Assembly (NCBI GenBank): GCA_018304025.1
Contig: JAGVXA010000001.1
Span: forward strand, 2,431-66,430
Direction: 5' to 3'
Length of the DNA stretch: 64,000 bases
Source: Candidatus Pacearchaeota archaeon
GTDB lineage: Archaea > Nanobdellota > Nanobdellia > Pacearchaeales > GW2011-AR1
Shown: piece after piece, positions 27,977 through 37,338 of the stretch
Numbering within the stretch: the stretch's first letter is position 1
Layout: each line of letters begins with the position of its first letter
Notes under the pieces: model-generated
What the model saw: only the letters and a program-made list of their open reading frames with translations
What the model was told of the DNA's origin: nothing
Databases searched by the model: none
Made by a program: the position numbers and the translations under genes

Positions 27977-28831
27977 TTATCTGCTCCCTTCTTGGATACT
28001 GCGTTTTATTCTGCGTCGTTTTCGTATTGAACGGTAAATTAAGTAGAGGATTATTATTCCTATTACACCACCGACGTAATATGGGGTGAGATTTGGTTTT
28101 ATGATTCCCAACTCAAGAGCTTTTTCCTGCGAATAAACTGTCAATGGGAGATTAACATTTTCGGTTGCTTCTGAATTATCAGAGTTTTTGTATTCGACAA
28201 TTGCTTCGAAATCTGCGTTTGTTTTCTTGAAGATTACATCGAATGCTGCTGTTTCAAAATCGTCTGAGCTGACTGTTCCGATATATACTTCGTCTTCTGA
28301 AAGCAAGGTGTAGCCGTTTGGAATTAATTTTACTGACACGAAACGCGCGTCTGCAAATCCTTTGTTGACTATCTTGAATGTGATTTGCCCTGTTTTGTCT
28401 ATGACTGCGTTTTCTGTGTTTATTGTAAATGTCAAGTCAGGGTCTGCTGTTACTTTTACTCCGATTGTTCCGGTTTTTGTTTTCTGTTCTGAGTTTAATC
28501 GGTAAGATAGTGTGTAAGGAATTTCGTAATCCTTGGGTGTTACATCTGAAGAGGATTTTATTCTGAAAACAAAGTTTTCTTCGTCGTCTTTCTGAATTTC
28601 TTCTGCTGTCTGCTCTGAAGTTCCGATTGGGATGAAAGGAAGATTCTGGAAATTCAGCGTTAGTGAAACATCTTCTGCGTCGTCGTTGAACACGTTTTCA
28701 ACTTCGATATTTATTACGCCTTCCTGTCCTGGTGTAAGTATTGGAGTGTTTACTGAATTAATCATTATTGCTGAAGCTAAGTTTAGTGCTAGTATCAGCG
28801 CAAATATTGCTGTGATTGATTGTTTTATCAT
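27977..28831 (-). CDS. COG1361-like S-layer-domain protein associated with the ABC transporter
   Basis: Signal peptide, two Ig-like domains (YIGTVSSDDFET), C-terminal TM with basic tail. Confidence 0.8.
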   Translation of the reverse strand: MIKQSITAIFALILALNLASAIMINSVNTPILTPGQEGVINIEVENVFNDDAEDVSLTLNFQNLPFIPIGTSEQTAEEIQKDDEENFVFRIKSSSDVTPKDYEIPYTLSYRLNSEQKTKTGTIGVKVTADPDLTFTINTENAVIDKTGQITFKIVNKGFADARFVSVKLIPNGYTLLSEDEVYIGTVSSDDFETAAFDVIFKKTNADFEAIVEYKNSDNSEATENVNLPLTVYSQEKALELGIIKPNLTPYYVGGVIGIIILYLIYRSIRKRRRIKRSIQEGSR

Positions 28832-28885
28832 AATTTTTTGATGGACTACTGGGTATTTAAGTTTTGTGGAGTGTCATTTAGAAGT

Positions 28886-29596
28886 TTATACAATCTTCCA
28901 TTTCCCTTTTATTTTTTTCATGACTCTTTCGATTTTGCCGTCTTTGACTTGGTAAATTGTCTTTGAATGTTTTTGCGCGACTTCGGGAGAGTGGGTGACC
29001 ATGATTATTGTTTTCCCTGACTTGTTAAGATTGTCAAGAAAATTCATTACTATTTCCCCTGTTTTTGTGTCGAGGTTTCCTGTTGGCTCGTCGGCAAGAA
29101 TAACTTCGGGATCGTTGGACAAAGCTCTTGCTATTGCGACTCTTTGCTGTTCGCCTCCGGATAATTGGGCTGGGTAGTGATCCATTCTATCTGCTAAATC
29201 TACCATCTCGAGAAGTTTTTCTGCCTGTTCGTTTCTGTATTCTTTTTCTGTTCCTTGGAAAAGCATTGGGAGAGAGACGTTTTCTTTTGCGGTTAAATTA
29301 GGGATTAGATTGAAAGACTGGAAAATGAATCCGATTTTTTTGCCTCTAATTTGAGCTAGCTGAGATTCGTCGAGATGCTCTATGTCTTTGCCGTCGAGAA
29401 AAATATCTCCGTGCGTGGCTAAATCAAGAGAGCCGACTAAATTCATTGTTGTAGACTTTCCAGAACCAGACGGACCCATTATTGCAACAAAATCTCCCTG
29501 CTCTATTTTGATTGAGATTCCGTCTACTGCCTTGACTAGCTCTTCGCCCATTCGGTAGTATTTTTCTACTTCTTTGAGTTCGATTATGGTTTCCAT
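28886..29596 (-). CDS. ABC transporter ATP-binding protein (LolD/MacB type)
   Basis: GPSGSGKST, LSGGEQQRVAIARAL, ADEPTGNLD. Confidence 0.96.
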   Translation of the reverse strand: METIIELKEVEKYYRMGEELVKAVDGISIKIEQGDFVAIMGPSGSGKSTTMNLVGSLDLATHGDIFLDGKDIEHLDESQLAQIRGKKIGFIFQSFNLIPNLTAKENVSLPMLFQGTEKEYRNEQAEKLLEMVDLADRMDHYPAQLSGGEQQRVAIARALSNDPEVILADEPTGNLDTKTGEIVMNFLDNLNKSGKTIIMVTHSPEVAQKHSKTIYQVKDGKIERVMKKIKGKWKIV

Positions 29597-29736
29597 TAGA
29601 ATTTGGATTAGTCGCGGGATTATAAGGCTTGCGGTTTGTTTAAAATTTTATTCTGCAAAAGCAATGGAAACTATCAATAAAATACTTAACCCCATAAAAT
29701 AGGAATGTTTATAAATCTGTGGGGATAAAATAATCC

Positions 29737-30675
29737 ATGCACATCAAAGAAAAAACAGTAAACAAAAAGAAATACAAATATTTAGTCAAATCTATCCGTC
29801 TCCCAAACGGACAAATAAAAAAAATTGAAAAAATCTATAAAGGGGAACCGAAAAAAGAAATTGAAAAGATTCTTGAAGAGAAAGAAAGAAAAGAATACGC
29901 AAGATACATGCTAAAAAACTTCAGCACAAATCATATTTTTACAGAAGAAGAATTTGAAAAAATAGAAGATATAAAGATAAACTACAGAAAAGTTATAAAA
30001 AAACTTACGAAATCAACCTTGAGAGATTTGTTAGACAGATTCACGGCAAACTTTACTTATGAAAGCAATGCTCTCGAGGGAAATTCCCTGACATTAAAAA
30101 ATGTTGCAATGATAATGTTTGAAAATACTACGATAAGGGGGAAAGATTTAAGAGAGATTTATGAAACGCGCAATTCAAGAAAATTAATTGAACAAATTAT
30201 GCAAAATAAATTTTCTGTCTCTAATGAAGATATAATAAAAATGCACAAACTTCTTGTAAAAGACACAGGCATTCAGACAGGATACAAAAAGTTTCCAAAT
30301 GAGATCATTGGCAGAAATATTAAAACTGCTCTTCCGGAAGAAGTTCAAAAAAGGATGGATGGGTTAATTGAATGGTATGAACAAAACAAAGAAAAAATTC
30401 ATCCAATAGAACTTGCAGGGCTTTTGCATGGGAAGTTTGAGCAAATCCATCCCTTTGAAGACGGCAATGGAAGAGTCGGACGATTTCTAATAAATATTAT
30501 TCTTGTAAGCAATAAATATCCTCCGTTAATAATTAGAAAATCCCAACGCATTTCTTATCTTAAATCACTTGAAAATTTTGATAATAAACATACTGACTCC
30601 TTAAGAAGATTCGTACTTGAAAGATTTAAAGAAACCTACAAAAAATTTTTTGAAGTTTATGTTAAATATATTTAA
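29737..30675 (+). CDS. Fic family protein
   Basis: HPFEDGNGRVGR catalytic motif; N-terminal inhibitory SNALEGN. Confidence 0.95.
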   Translation: MHIKEKTVNKKKYKYLVKSIRLPNGQIKKIEKIYKGEPKKEIEKILEEKERKEYARYMLKNFSTNHIFTEEEFEKIEDIKINYRKVIKKLTKSTLRDLLDRFTANFTYESNALEGNSLTLKNVAMIMFENTTIRGKDLREIYETRNSRKLIEQIMQNKFSVSNEDIIKMHKLLVKDTGIQTGYKKFPNEIIGRNIKTALPEEVQKRMDGLIEWYEQNKEKIHPIELAGLLHGKFEQIHPFEDGNGRVGRFLINIILVSNKYPPLIIRKSQRISYLKSLENFDNKHTDSLRRFVLERFKETYKKFFEVYVKYI

Positions 30676-30749
30676 GAGTCATATGAGATAGAGTTTATAG
30701 GAAAGATATTTAAGCGTGATTAGTTAGAGAATAAAAAAGAGCAAATAAA

Positions 30750-31607
30750 ATGTTAGAAATGTTGATTAATCCCAAGAAGGCTGAGAGGCGGCCGTGGGAG
30801 ATGTTTTTCATCGGACTGTTGTATGCTTCGCTTTCTATACTTTTAGTCGGATGGGTTTTCGCAAAGGATACTGTTTTGGTGAAGATGTCGGGAATTTTAG
30901 TTGTGCTTTTTACAGTGATGTTTTCTATTCCTTTTATTTATTATACCTTGAGGCTGGAAGAAGACCGGATAACTAAGGGGAAAGGAAGCTTTCAATTGAT
31001 ACGGGACCACAGGCACGCGATTTACGCTTTTCTCTGGCTGTTCATTGGATTTACTGTTGCGTTTGCTTTTTGGTACAGTGTTTTGCCGACGACAGAAAGT
31101 TTTCGGGCGCAGATTGAAACTTACTGCATGATTAACCGCCCGGCGAATTTTAATGAATGTGTTGCGCAATACGGGGTCAAAGATGTTGCTGTCACGACTC
31201 CTTTTCTGACTAACAAGGAAAGATTATTTTTGATTTTTACGAATAACATGTATGTGCTGATTTTTACTTTAGTTTTCTCGTTGATTTTTGGCGCGGGAGT
31301 TATTTTTATCCTGGCGTGGAATGCTTCTGTTATCGGCGCGGCGATAGGAATATTTACTAATTCTTCCCTGAAAGCACTGCCCTTGGGTTTATTGAGATAC
31401 ATGATTCACGGGCTTCCGGAAATAGCTGCTTATTTTCTTGTTGCTCTTGCCGGCGGATTAGTTTCAATCGCGGTTATCAAACACGAATCAGGGACTGACA
31501 AATTCTGGGGAGTTTTGCAGGATTCTTTGAACTTGATTATTCTGGCAATTGTTGTTTTATTTTTGGCGGCGTTGATGGAAGTTTTTGTTACTCCTTTACT
31601 TTTCTGA
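30750..31607 (+). CDS. SpoIIM (DUF95) family membrane protein
   Basis: IFTNN, WNASVIG, HGLPEI, AALMEV. Confidence 0.85.
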   Translation: MLEMLINPKKAERRPWEMFFIGLLYASLSILLVGWVFAKDTVLVKMSGILVVLFTVMFSIPFIYYTLRLEEDRITKGKGSFQLIRDHRHAIYAFLWLFIGFTVAFAFWYSVLPTTESFRAQIETYCMINRPANFNECVAQYGVKDVAVTTPFLTNKERLFLIFTNNMYVLIFTLVFSLIFGAGVIFILAWNASVIGAAIGIFTNSSLKALPLGLLRYMIHGLPEIAAYFLVALAGGLVSIAVIKHESGTDKFWGVLQDSLNLIILAIVVLFLAALMEVFVTPLLF

Positions 31608-31641
31608 TAAGATTTATATAATGGGAGTTTTATGTGAATAG

Positions 31642-34404
31642 ATGGCAGATGAAATTCTTAAAGCAGAAGAAAAATTTGTTGAAGATAAGGGCGGAAAAGC
31701 GGGCTCTGAAGAGGAATTGATTGAAAAGAGAAAAAAGAAAGTTATTGGCTTTTTGAAAACGCGCTATGAATGGATTAGTTATGTTGTTCTGGCTGTTGTT
31801 GTTTTTCTGGCTGTTCGGATAAGGACGCAGAATTTGTCGGGGCTTAAGGATGTCACGACGGGAACCTGGACTTTGGGGCCTGACTTGGACCCTTTCTTTT
31901 TCTTGAGGATGGCAGAGTATATTTTCGAGCACGGAAAAATTATGGCTGTTGACATGATGAGATATGTTCCGCTGGGATTTAATACCGGCGAAGAATACTT
32001 GCTCCATCCGTACATGATGGTGTGGTTTCATAAGTATCTCGGGCCCTTGCTTGGAAGCGAATCTATGACGCATTCTGCTGTTTTGTATCCTGTGTTTATG
32101 TTTGCCCTGACTGTGATTGCTTTTTTCCTTTTGACGAGGATTATTTTTGCCGAGCAGATTGGAGCGAAAAATGCGAATATTATTGCGCTAATTGCTTCTT
32201 TCTTTCTGGCTGTGATGCCTTCTTTACTGCCGAGAACGATTGCGGGAATTCCTGAAAAAGAATCTGCTGCATTTTTATTTTTGTTTTTGGCGTTTTACTT
32301 TTTTCTAGCGTCTTGGAAAGCCAAGGGGATGAAACTCAGAATTGTCTGGGGATTATTGGCTGGCTTGGCAACTTATGCGATGGCTAATATTTGGGGAGGA
32401 TACATCTACATATTCACAGTTATCGGACTTGCGTCTTTCTTGGTATTTATTTTGGGCAAGATGGACAAAGAAAAAATTTATACTTACTCTCTTTGGATTT
32501 TATCTTCTATTATCTTAATGACTGGTTTTTCTGGCAGGTATACTTTAAGAAATTTGATTAGTTCAGCTAATACTGCTCCAGCAATAATTGTTTTTTTCAT
32601 TTTGCTAGTTCATTTGTTAATCTTCAAAACCAATTTAAAGAAATATTTTGAAACTGGAAAAGTCTCCAAGATTCCGAAAGAGATTACTTCGACGATTATT
32701 GCGGTTGTTGTGATTTTTATCCTGGCGAGCATATTCTTTGGAGTGTCTTTTATTTTTGTGAACATCAAAGGAATTATAAATATCCTCGTCAAACCGGCGC
32801 AGAGCAGATTAATCCAAACTGTTGCGGAAAACAGACAGCCGTATTTCACAGAATGGGAATCCAGTTTTGGACCGCACGTTAAAGGCCTTGCGCTGACATT
32901 CTGGCTATTTTTTATCGGTTCTATTTATTTGTTTTACAACATGATTAAAAATTTAAGAAATAAAGAAAGAAAAATTTTGACTTTTACTTATTTTATTTTC
33001 TTGATTTCTCTTGTCTTTAGCAGATATTCCGGAAGCAGCATATTTAACGGAGAGAATTTTACGAGCTTGTTTGTTTATGCCGGCGGATTTTTATTATTTT
33101 TATTTAGCTTTGGATTTTATTACTACCAGTATTACAAAAAAGGAGAGTTTGAGAAATTAAAGGAAATTGATTTTGGATTTGTTCTTTTGTTTATCTTTTT
33201 CTTTATGAGTATTTTGTCTGCGCGGGCTGCGGTCAGAACAATTATGGTTCTTGTTCCGTCTGCTTCGATTATAATATCTTATTTTCTGGTTGTTTCTATC
33301 AATGATGCAAGAAAAGTCAAAGATGAATTTTGGAAAGTAATTGTCTGGATTTTGGTAGGGCTGATTATTTTGTCTGCTGCATTTTCGGGGTGGGCATACT
33401 ACAACGGCGCTAACGCGCAGGCTAAAGGATACATCCCGTCTATTTATACACATCAGTGGCAAAAATCAATGGCGTGGGTCAGAGAGAATACGACGGAAAC
33501 TGCTGTGTTTGGGCATTGGTGGGATTATGGCTACTGGCTGCAGACTATCGGAGAAAGGGCAACTGTTTTGGATGGGGGAAATGCAATGCCTTATTGGAAT
33601 CACATGATGGGAAGATACGCCTTGACTGGAACAGATAACAGACAGGCTCTTGAATTTTTGTACGCGCATAACACAACTCATTTCTTAATTGACTCGACTG
33701 ACATTGGAAAATATTCTGCGTTTTCAACTATCGGAAGCGACGTGAACTATGACAGGGCAAGTTATATTCCGACATTTTCAAAAAATAATCAAGCAACACA
33801 AGAAAAGAAAAATTCAACTGTTTATTTCTACCAAGGCGGAGTGAGCTTAGACGAAGATATTGTTTATGAAGAAAATGGAACAAAAATATTTTTGCCGGCT
33901 GGTTCTGCCGGAGTCGGTGCTGTTTTTATAGAAAAGAATGCGGGAGGAGAAATAATTAGTCCGCCGCAGGGAATTTTTGTTTACCAAGGAAAACAGTATT
34001 CCCTCCCGTTGAGATATGCTTACGACAAGAAGTTTATTGATTTTGGTTCTGGAATAGATTCTGGCATTTTCTTGTTTCCAAGATTGAATCAAGAAGGAAA
34101 TAATTTTGGCATCGAAGAAGACGGAGCTTTATTATATCTCACCAAAAGAACTGTAAAATCCCAGCTCGCGCGACTTTACTTGTATAAAGAAAATAACCCT
34201 AATTTCAAATTAGTTCATTCAGAAGATGACTTTGTTGTTGACTCGATAAAGTCTCAAAATCCTGCGTTTGATTCTGATTTTCTTGATTACCAAGGATTTA
34301 GAGGGCCGATTAGAATTTGGGAAATTGAGTATCCTCGCGACATTGAATTGAAAGAAGAATATTTGAGCACGGATTATCCTGCAGAAATAAAATTTGCCAC
34401 ATGA
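31642..34404 (+). CDS. aglB: Oligosaccharyltransferase AglB (STT3)
   Basis: DLDP, PEKE, TVAE, WWDYGYW, DIGK motifs; many TMs. Confidence 0.96.
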   Translation: MADEILKAEEKFVEDKGGKAGSEEELIEKRKKKVIGFLKTRYEWISYVVLAVVVFLAVRIRTQNLSGLKDVTTGTWTLGPDLDPFFFLRMAEYIFEHGKIMAVDMMRYVPLGFNTGEEYLLHPYMMVWFHKYLGPLLGSESMTHSAVLYPVFMFALTVIAFFLLTRIIFAEQIGAKNANIIALIASFFLAVMPSLLPRTIAGIPEKESAAFLFLFLAFYFFLASWKAKGMKLRIVWGLLAGLATYAMANIWGGYIYIFTVIGLASFLVFILGKMDKEKIYTYSLWILSSIILMTGFSGRYTLRNLISSANTAPAIIVFFILLVHLLIFKTNLKKYFETGKVSKIPKEITSTIIAVVVIFILASIFFGVSFIFVNIKGIINILVKPAQSRLIQTVAENRQPYFTEWESSFGPHVKGLALTFWLFFIGSIYLFYNMIKNLRNKERKILTFTYFIFLISLVFSRYSGSSIFNGENFTSLFVYAGGFLLFLFSFGFYYYQYYKKGEFEKLKEIDFGFVLLFIFFFMSILSARAAVRTIMVLVPSASIIISYFLVVSINDARKVKDEFWKVIVWILVGLIILSAAFSGWAYYNGANAQAKGYIPSIYTHQWQKSMAWVRENTTETAVFGHWWDYGYWLQTIGERATVLDGGNAMPYWNHMMGRYALTGTDNRQALEFLYAHNTTHFLIDSTDIGKYSAFSTIGSDVNYDRASYIPTFSKNNQATQEKKNSTVYFYQGGVSLDEDIVYEENGTKIFLPAGSAGVGAVFIEKNAGGEIISPPQGIFVYQGKQYSLPLRYAYDKKFIDFGSGIDSGIFLFPRLNQEGNNFGIEEDGALLYLTKRTVKSQLARLYLYKENNPNFKLVHSEDDFVVDSIKSQNPAFDSDFLDYQGFRGPIRIWEIEYPRDIELKEEYLSTDYPAEIKFAT

Positions 34405-35414
34405 TAGATTATATATTGATAATTCCCATACTAACAAGTTTTTTTGTAACTTTATTTCTCTTACCTTTTTGGATAAAGAAAACTAATGAACTGGGCTTGG
34501 TGTGGCGCGACATGAATAAACTTTCTAATTGGGAAAAGATTTCAGGCTCCGGCGGAGTGATTGCTGTGCTGGGATTTACTATAGGCGTCTTGATTTATGT
34601 TGCGTACAGAGTATTTTATTTAGGAAACTATAACAGCCATCTTGTAGAAATATTTGCCCTGCTAAGCGTTACTTTGATACTGGCGGGCATCGGTTTTATC
34701 GACGATTTGTTTGGGTGGAGAAAGGGGGGATTGTCCAAAAAATCCAGGATTATTTTGGTGCTGTTATCTTCCGTACCATTAATTGCAATTAACGCCGGAA
34801 AAAGTATTGTTAACTTTCCGTTTTTCGGAATAATCGACTTGGGAAATGTTTATCCTCTGATATTTATTCCGATTGGTGTTCTTGGCGCCACGACTACTTA
34901 CAATTTTTTGGCAGGCTTTAACGGACTAGAAGCGGGACAAGGAATTATTTTATTGGGTGCTCTGGGAATAGTTGCTTTTTTTATGCAAAACTCCTGGCTT
35001 TCCGTCATTTGCTTGTGCATGGCTGCAGCATTAGCGGCTTTTTTAACATTTAATTTTTTTCCGGCAAAGGTTTTTCCGGGAGATGTTATGACTTATCCTG
35101 TCGGCGGACTAATAGCTATAATCGCTATTCTCGGAGATTTTGAAAAAATTGCAATATTCTTTTTTATTCCGTATGCTCTTGAAGTTGGCTTAAAATTAAG
35201 GGGGAAATTAATCAGACAAAGTTTTAGCCGCCCGCATGACACTGGGATAGATTTGAGATATGATAAAATATACAGCTTGAACCATTTAGCTATTTATTTG
35301 ATGAAGCGAGCCGGCATAAAACCGGGCGAAAAGAAAACTGTGTTTGCTATCTGGGCATTCCAGCTTTTAATTATTTTAATTGGCTTTGTCATTTTTAGAA
35401 AGGGAATATTTTAA
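34401..35414 (+). CDS. UDP-GlcNAc:dolichyl-phosphate GlcNAc-1-P transferase (MraY/AglH-like)
   Basis: DMNK, GFIDD, NFLAGFNGLEAG, PAKVFPGD. Confidence 0.9.
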   Translation: MIDYILIIPILTSFFVTLFLLPFWIKKTNELGLVWRDMNKLSNWEKISGSGGVIAVLGFTIGVLIYVAYRVFYLGNYNSHLVEIFALLSVTLILAGIGFIDDLFGWRKGGLSKKSRIILVLLSSVPLIAINAGKSIVNFPFFGIIDLGNVYPLIFIPIGVLGATTTYNFLAGFNGLEAGQGIILLGALGIVAFFMQNSWLSVICLCMAAALAAFLTFNFFPAKVFPGDVMTYPVGGLIAIIAILGDFEKIAIFFFIPYALEVGLKLRGKLIRQSFSRPHDTGIDLRYDKIYSLNHLAIYLMKRAGIKPGEKKTVFAIWAFQLLIILIGFVIFRKGIF

Positions 35415-35415
35415 G

Positions 35416-36633
35416 ATGAAGATGAATAAAGAGCTTGTAAAAGGAAGTTTTATTCTTCTAATTGCATTTGGCGTTTATAATTTTTTAAATTTTGCCTTTC
35501 AATCGAGCATGGCGCGCTTGCTTACGATTGCAGAGTTTGGAGTTTTGTCTGTGCTTTTTAATATTATTTATGTCTTTAGCGGTTTTTCTGATTCAATTCA
35601 AATTACAATCACAAAATATGCGGCGAATGAAAAAGACGACGGGAAAGTAAAAAATATTTTGAAGAGGGCCTTAAAAAAATCGTTTCTTATTTCGCTAATA
35701 CTCTTTCTGGTTTATGTTTTGCTTGCCTTTTTAATTGCCTATTTAACAAAGATTGACTATTTCTTGATTTTGCTGGTTGGTCTCCTAATATTCATATTCT
35801 TTCTTTCTCCGATAACGCGGGGGCTGCTGCAAGGAAAAAGAAAATTTGATTCTCTGGGAATTAACATGTTTTTTGAATCAATCATAAAACTTTTCCTGGC
35901 GATAGTTTTGGTTATGGCTGGGTGGAAGGTTTACGGCGCAATAGCAGGAACTCTGATTGGATGCTTTGTTGCTTTTGGCTTGTCTTTTTTTCATCTTAAG
36001 GATGTAATCAAAGCTAAAGAAACTTTGACGAGCACAAAAGAAATCTATCAGTATGGCGCGCCATCATTTTTTATAGTCATTACGATTCTGATTTTTTACG
36101 GCTTTGATGTTTTCTTAGCCAAAATCTTTTTTCCTTCTGAAATTGCCGGAAAATATGCTATTGCGTCTTTGATGGCAAAAATAATTTTTTTCGGGACTCA
36201 GCCGATAAGCCGGGCCATGTTCCCGATTTCCGCAGAAAAAAATATCAAGAAAGACAAATCCAAAAATATTTTCATGAACGCTTTTTTACTTGTTTGCGTC
36301 GGCATTGCTGCTGTTCTTGCCTTTTTCTATTTTTTTCCTGATTTTGTTATCGAAATTTTTTCTGGAAAGATAATACCTGAGGCAGCAAATATTTTGTTTT
36401 ATTTGGGCATTGCAACAAGTTTGCTTTCTATAACGAATTTAATTCTTTTGTATAAATTGTCTTTGGGAAAAACAAAGGGATGCGTTCATCTTTTAGTTTT
36501 TGCGATTATTGAAATAAGTTTAGTTGCGGTTTATCTCGGCTACTTTCATGCGAACTTATTCCAGTATTCTATTGCGCTTATCGCTGCTTCCGCAATTTTT
36601 TTGTGGGGAGTAATATTCTTATTAAATGAATGA
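35416..36633 (+). CDS. Oligosaccharide flippase (Wzx/MOP family)
   Basis: About 12 TMs; MARLLTIAEFG, RGLLQG, AGKYA. Confidence 0.88.
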   Translation: MKMNKELVKGSFILLIAFGVYNFLNFAFQSSMARLLTIAEFGVLSVLFNIIYVFSGFSDSIQITITKYAANEKDDGKVKNILKRALKKSFLISLILFLVYVLLAFLIAYLTKIDYFLILLVGLLIFIFFLSPITRGLLQGKRKFDSLGINMFFESIIKLFLAIVLVMAGWKVYGAIAGTLIGCFVAFGLSFFHLKDVIKAKETLTSTKEIYQYGAPSFFIVITILIFYGFDVFLAKIFFPSEIAGKYAIASLMAKIIFFGTQPISRAMFPISAEKNIKKDKSKNIFMNAFLLVCVGIAAVLAFFYFFPDFVIEIFSGKIIPEAANILFYLGIATSLLSITNLILLYKLSLGKTKGCVHLLVFAIIEISLVAVYLGYFHANLFQYSIALIAASAIFLWGVIFLLNE

Positions 36634-37338
36634 TTATTCCTTGAATCTCCAGTAGAACAAGGTGTAGATTGCTTGAACTCCGTCTTTCCAGTTTATCTTT
36701 TTTCCGTCGCTTTTGTGGCGCGGGTAGTAAGAAATCGGAACTTCGTGGATTTTTATTCCTTTTTTCAAAATTTTTGCTGTGACTTCTGGCTCCCATTCAA
36801 ATTTATTTCCTTGTATTTCCAAACTTTTGACTAATTTGCTGTCAAATGTTTTGTAGCAGGTTGGTTCGTCGGTTAATTTGGAGCCGTAAAGAAAATTTGT
36901 AAAAAACGTGACTAAAACTCCTCCGGCGTAGAAAGCAAATCCGGAATACTGCTTATTGGATTTTTTTAGCCTGCGCGAGCCGTATACAACTTCGGCTTTT
37001 TTGCTTAGGATTGGATTGATTACTTCCTGGTATTCATTTGGATTGTACTCCATGTCTGCGTCTTGTATTATTATAATGTCTCCGGTTGATTCTTTGATTC
37101 CTTTTTTGACTGCGGAGCCTTTTCCCCCATTAGATTTCCCGATTAATTTTAATTTTGTTGTTTTTGATTTGAAATTTTTTATGAATTCTTTCACTTTTTT
37201 TGCGGTGCCGTCGGTAGAACCGTCATCAATTATTATTATTTCTTTGTCTATCGTCAGTTTTACTTTGGAAACCAGATCTAAGATTTGCGAGATTGTTTTT
37301 TCTTCATTGTATACGGGCATTACCACAGATAGTTTCAT
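36634..37338 (-). CDS. GT2 glycosyltransferase (DPM1-like)
   Basis: LSVVMPVYNEE, DDGSTDGT, QDADMEY, VYGSR, EPEVTAK. Confidence 0.93.
   Translation of the reverse strand: MKLSVVMPVYNEEKTISQILDLVSKVKLTIDKEIIIIDDGSTDGTAKKVKEFIKNFKSKTTKLKLIGKSNGGKGSAVKKGIKESTGDIIIIQDADMEYNPNEYQEVINPILSKKAEVVYGSRRLKKSNKQYSGFAFYAGGVLVTFFTNFLYGSKLTDEPTCYKTFDSKLVKSLEIQGNKFEWEPEVTAKILKKGIKIHEVPISYYPRHKSDGKKINWKDGVQAIYTLFYWRFKE

Noticed and set aside
29737..30675. Fic gene as a novel toxin system
   Set aside because: Ordinary self-inhibited class II Fic (SxxxEG motif) with no partner gene
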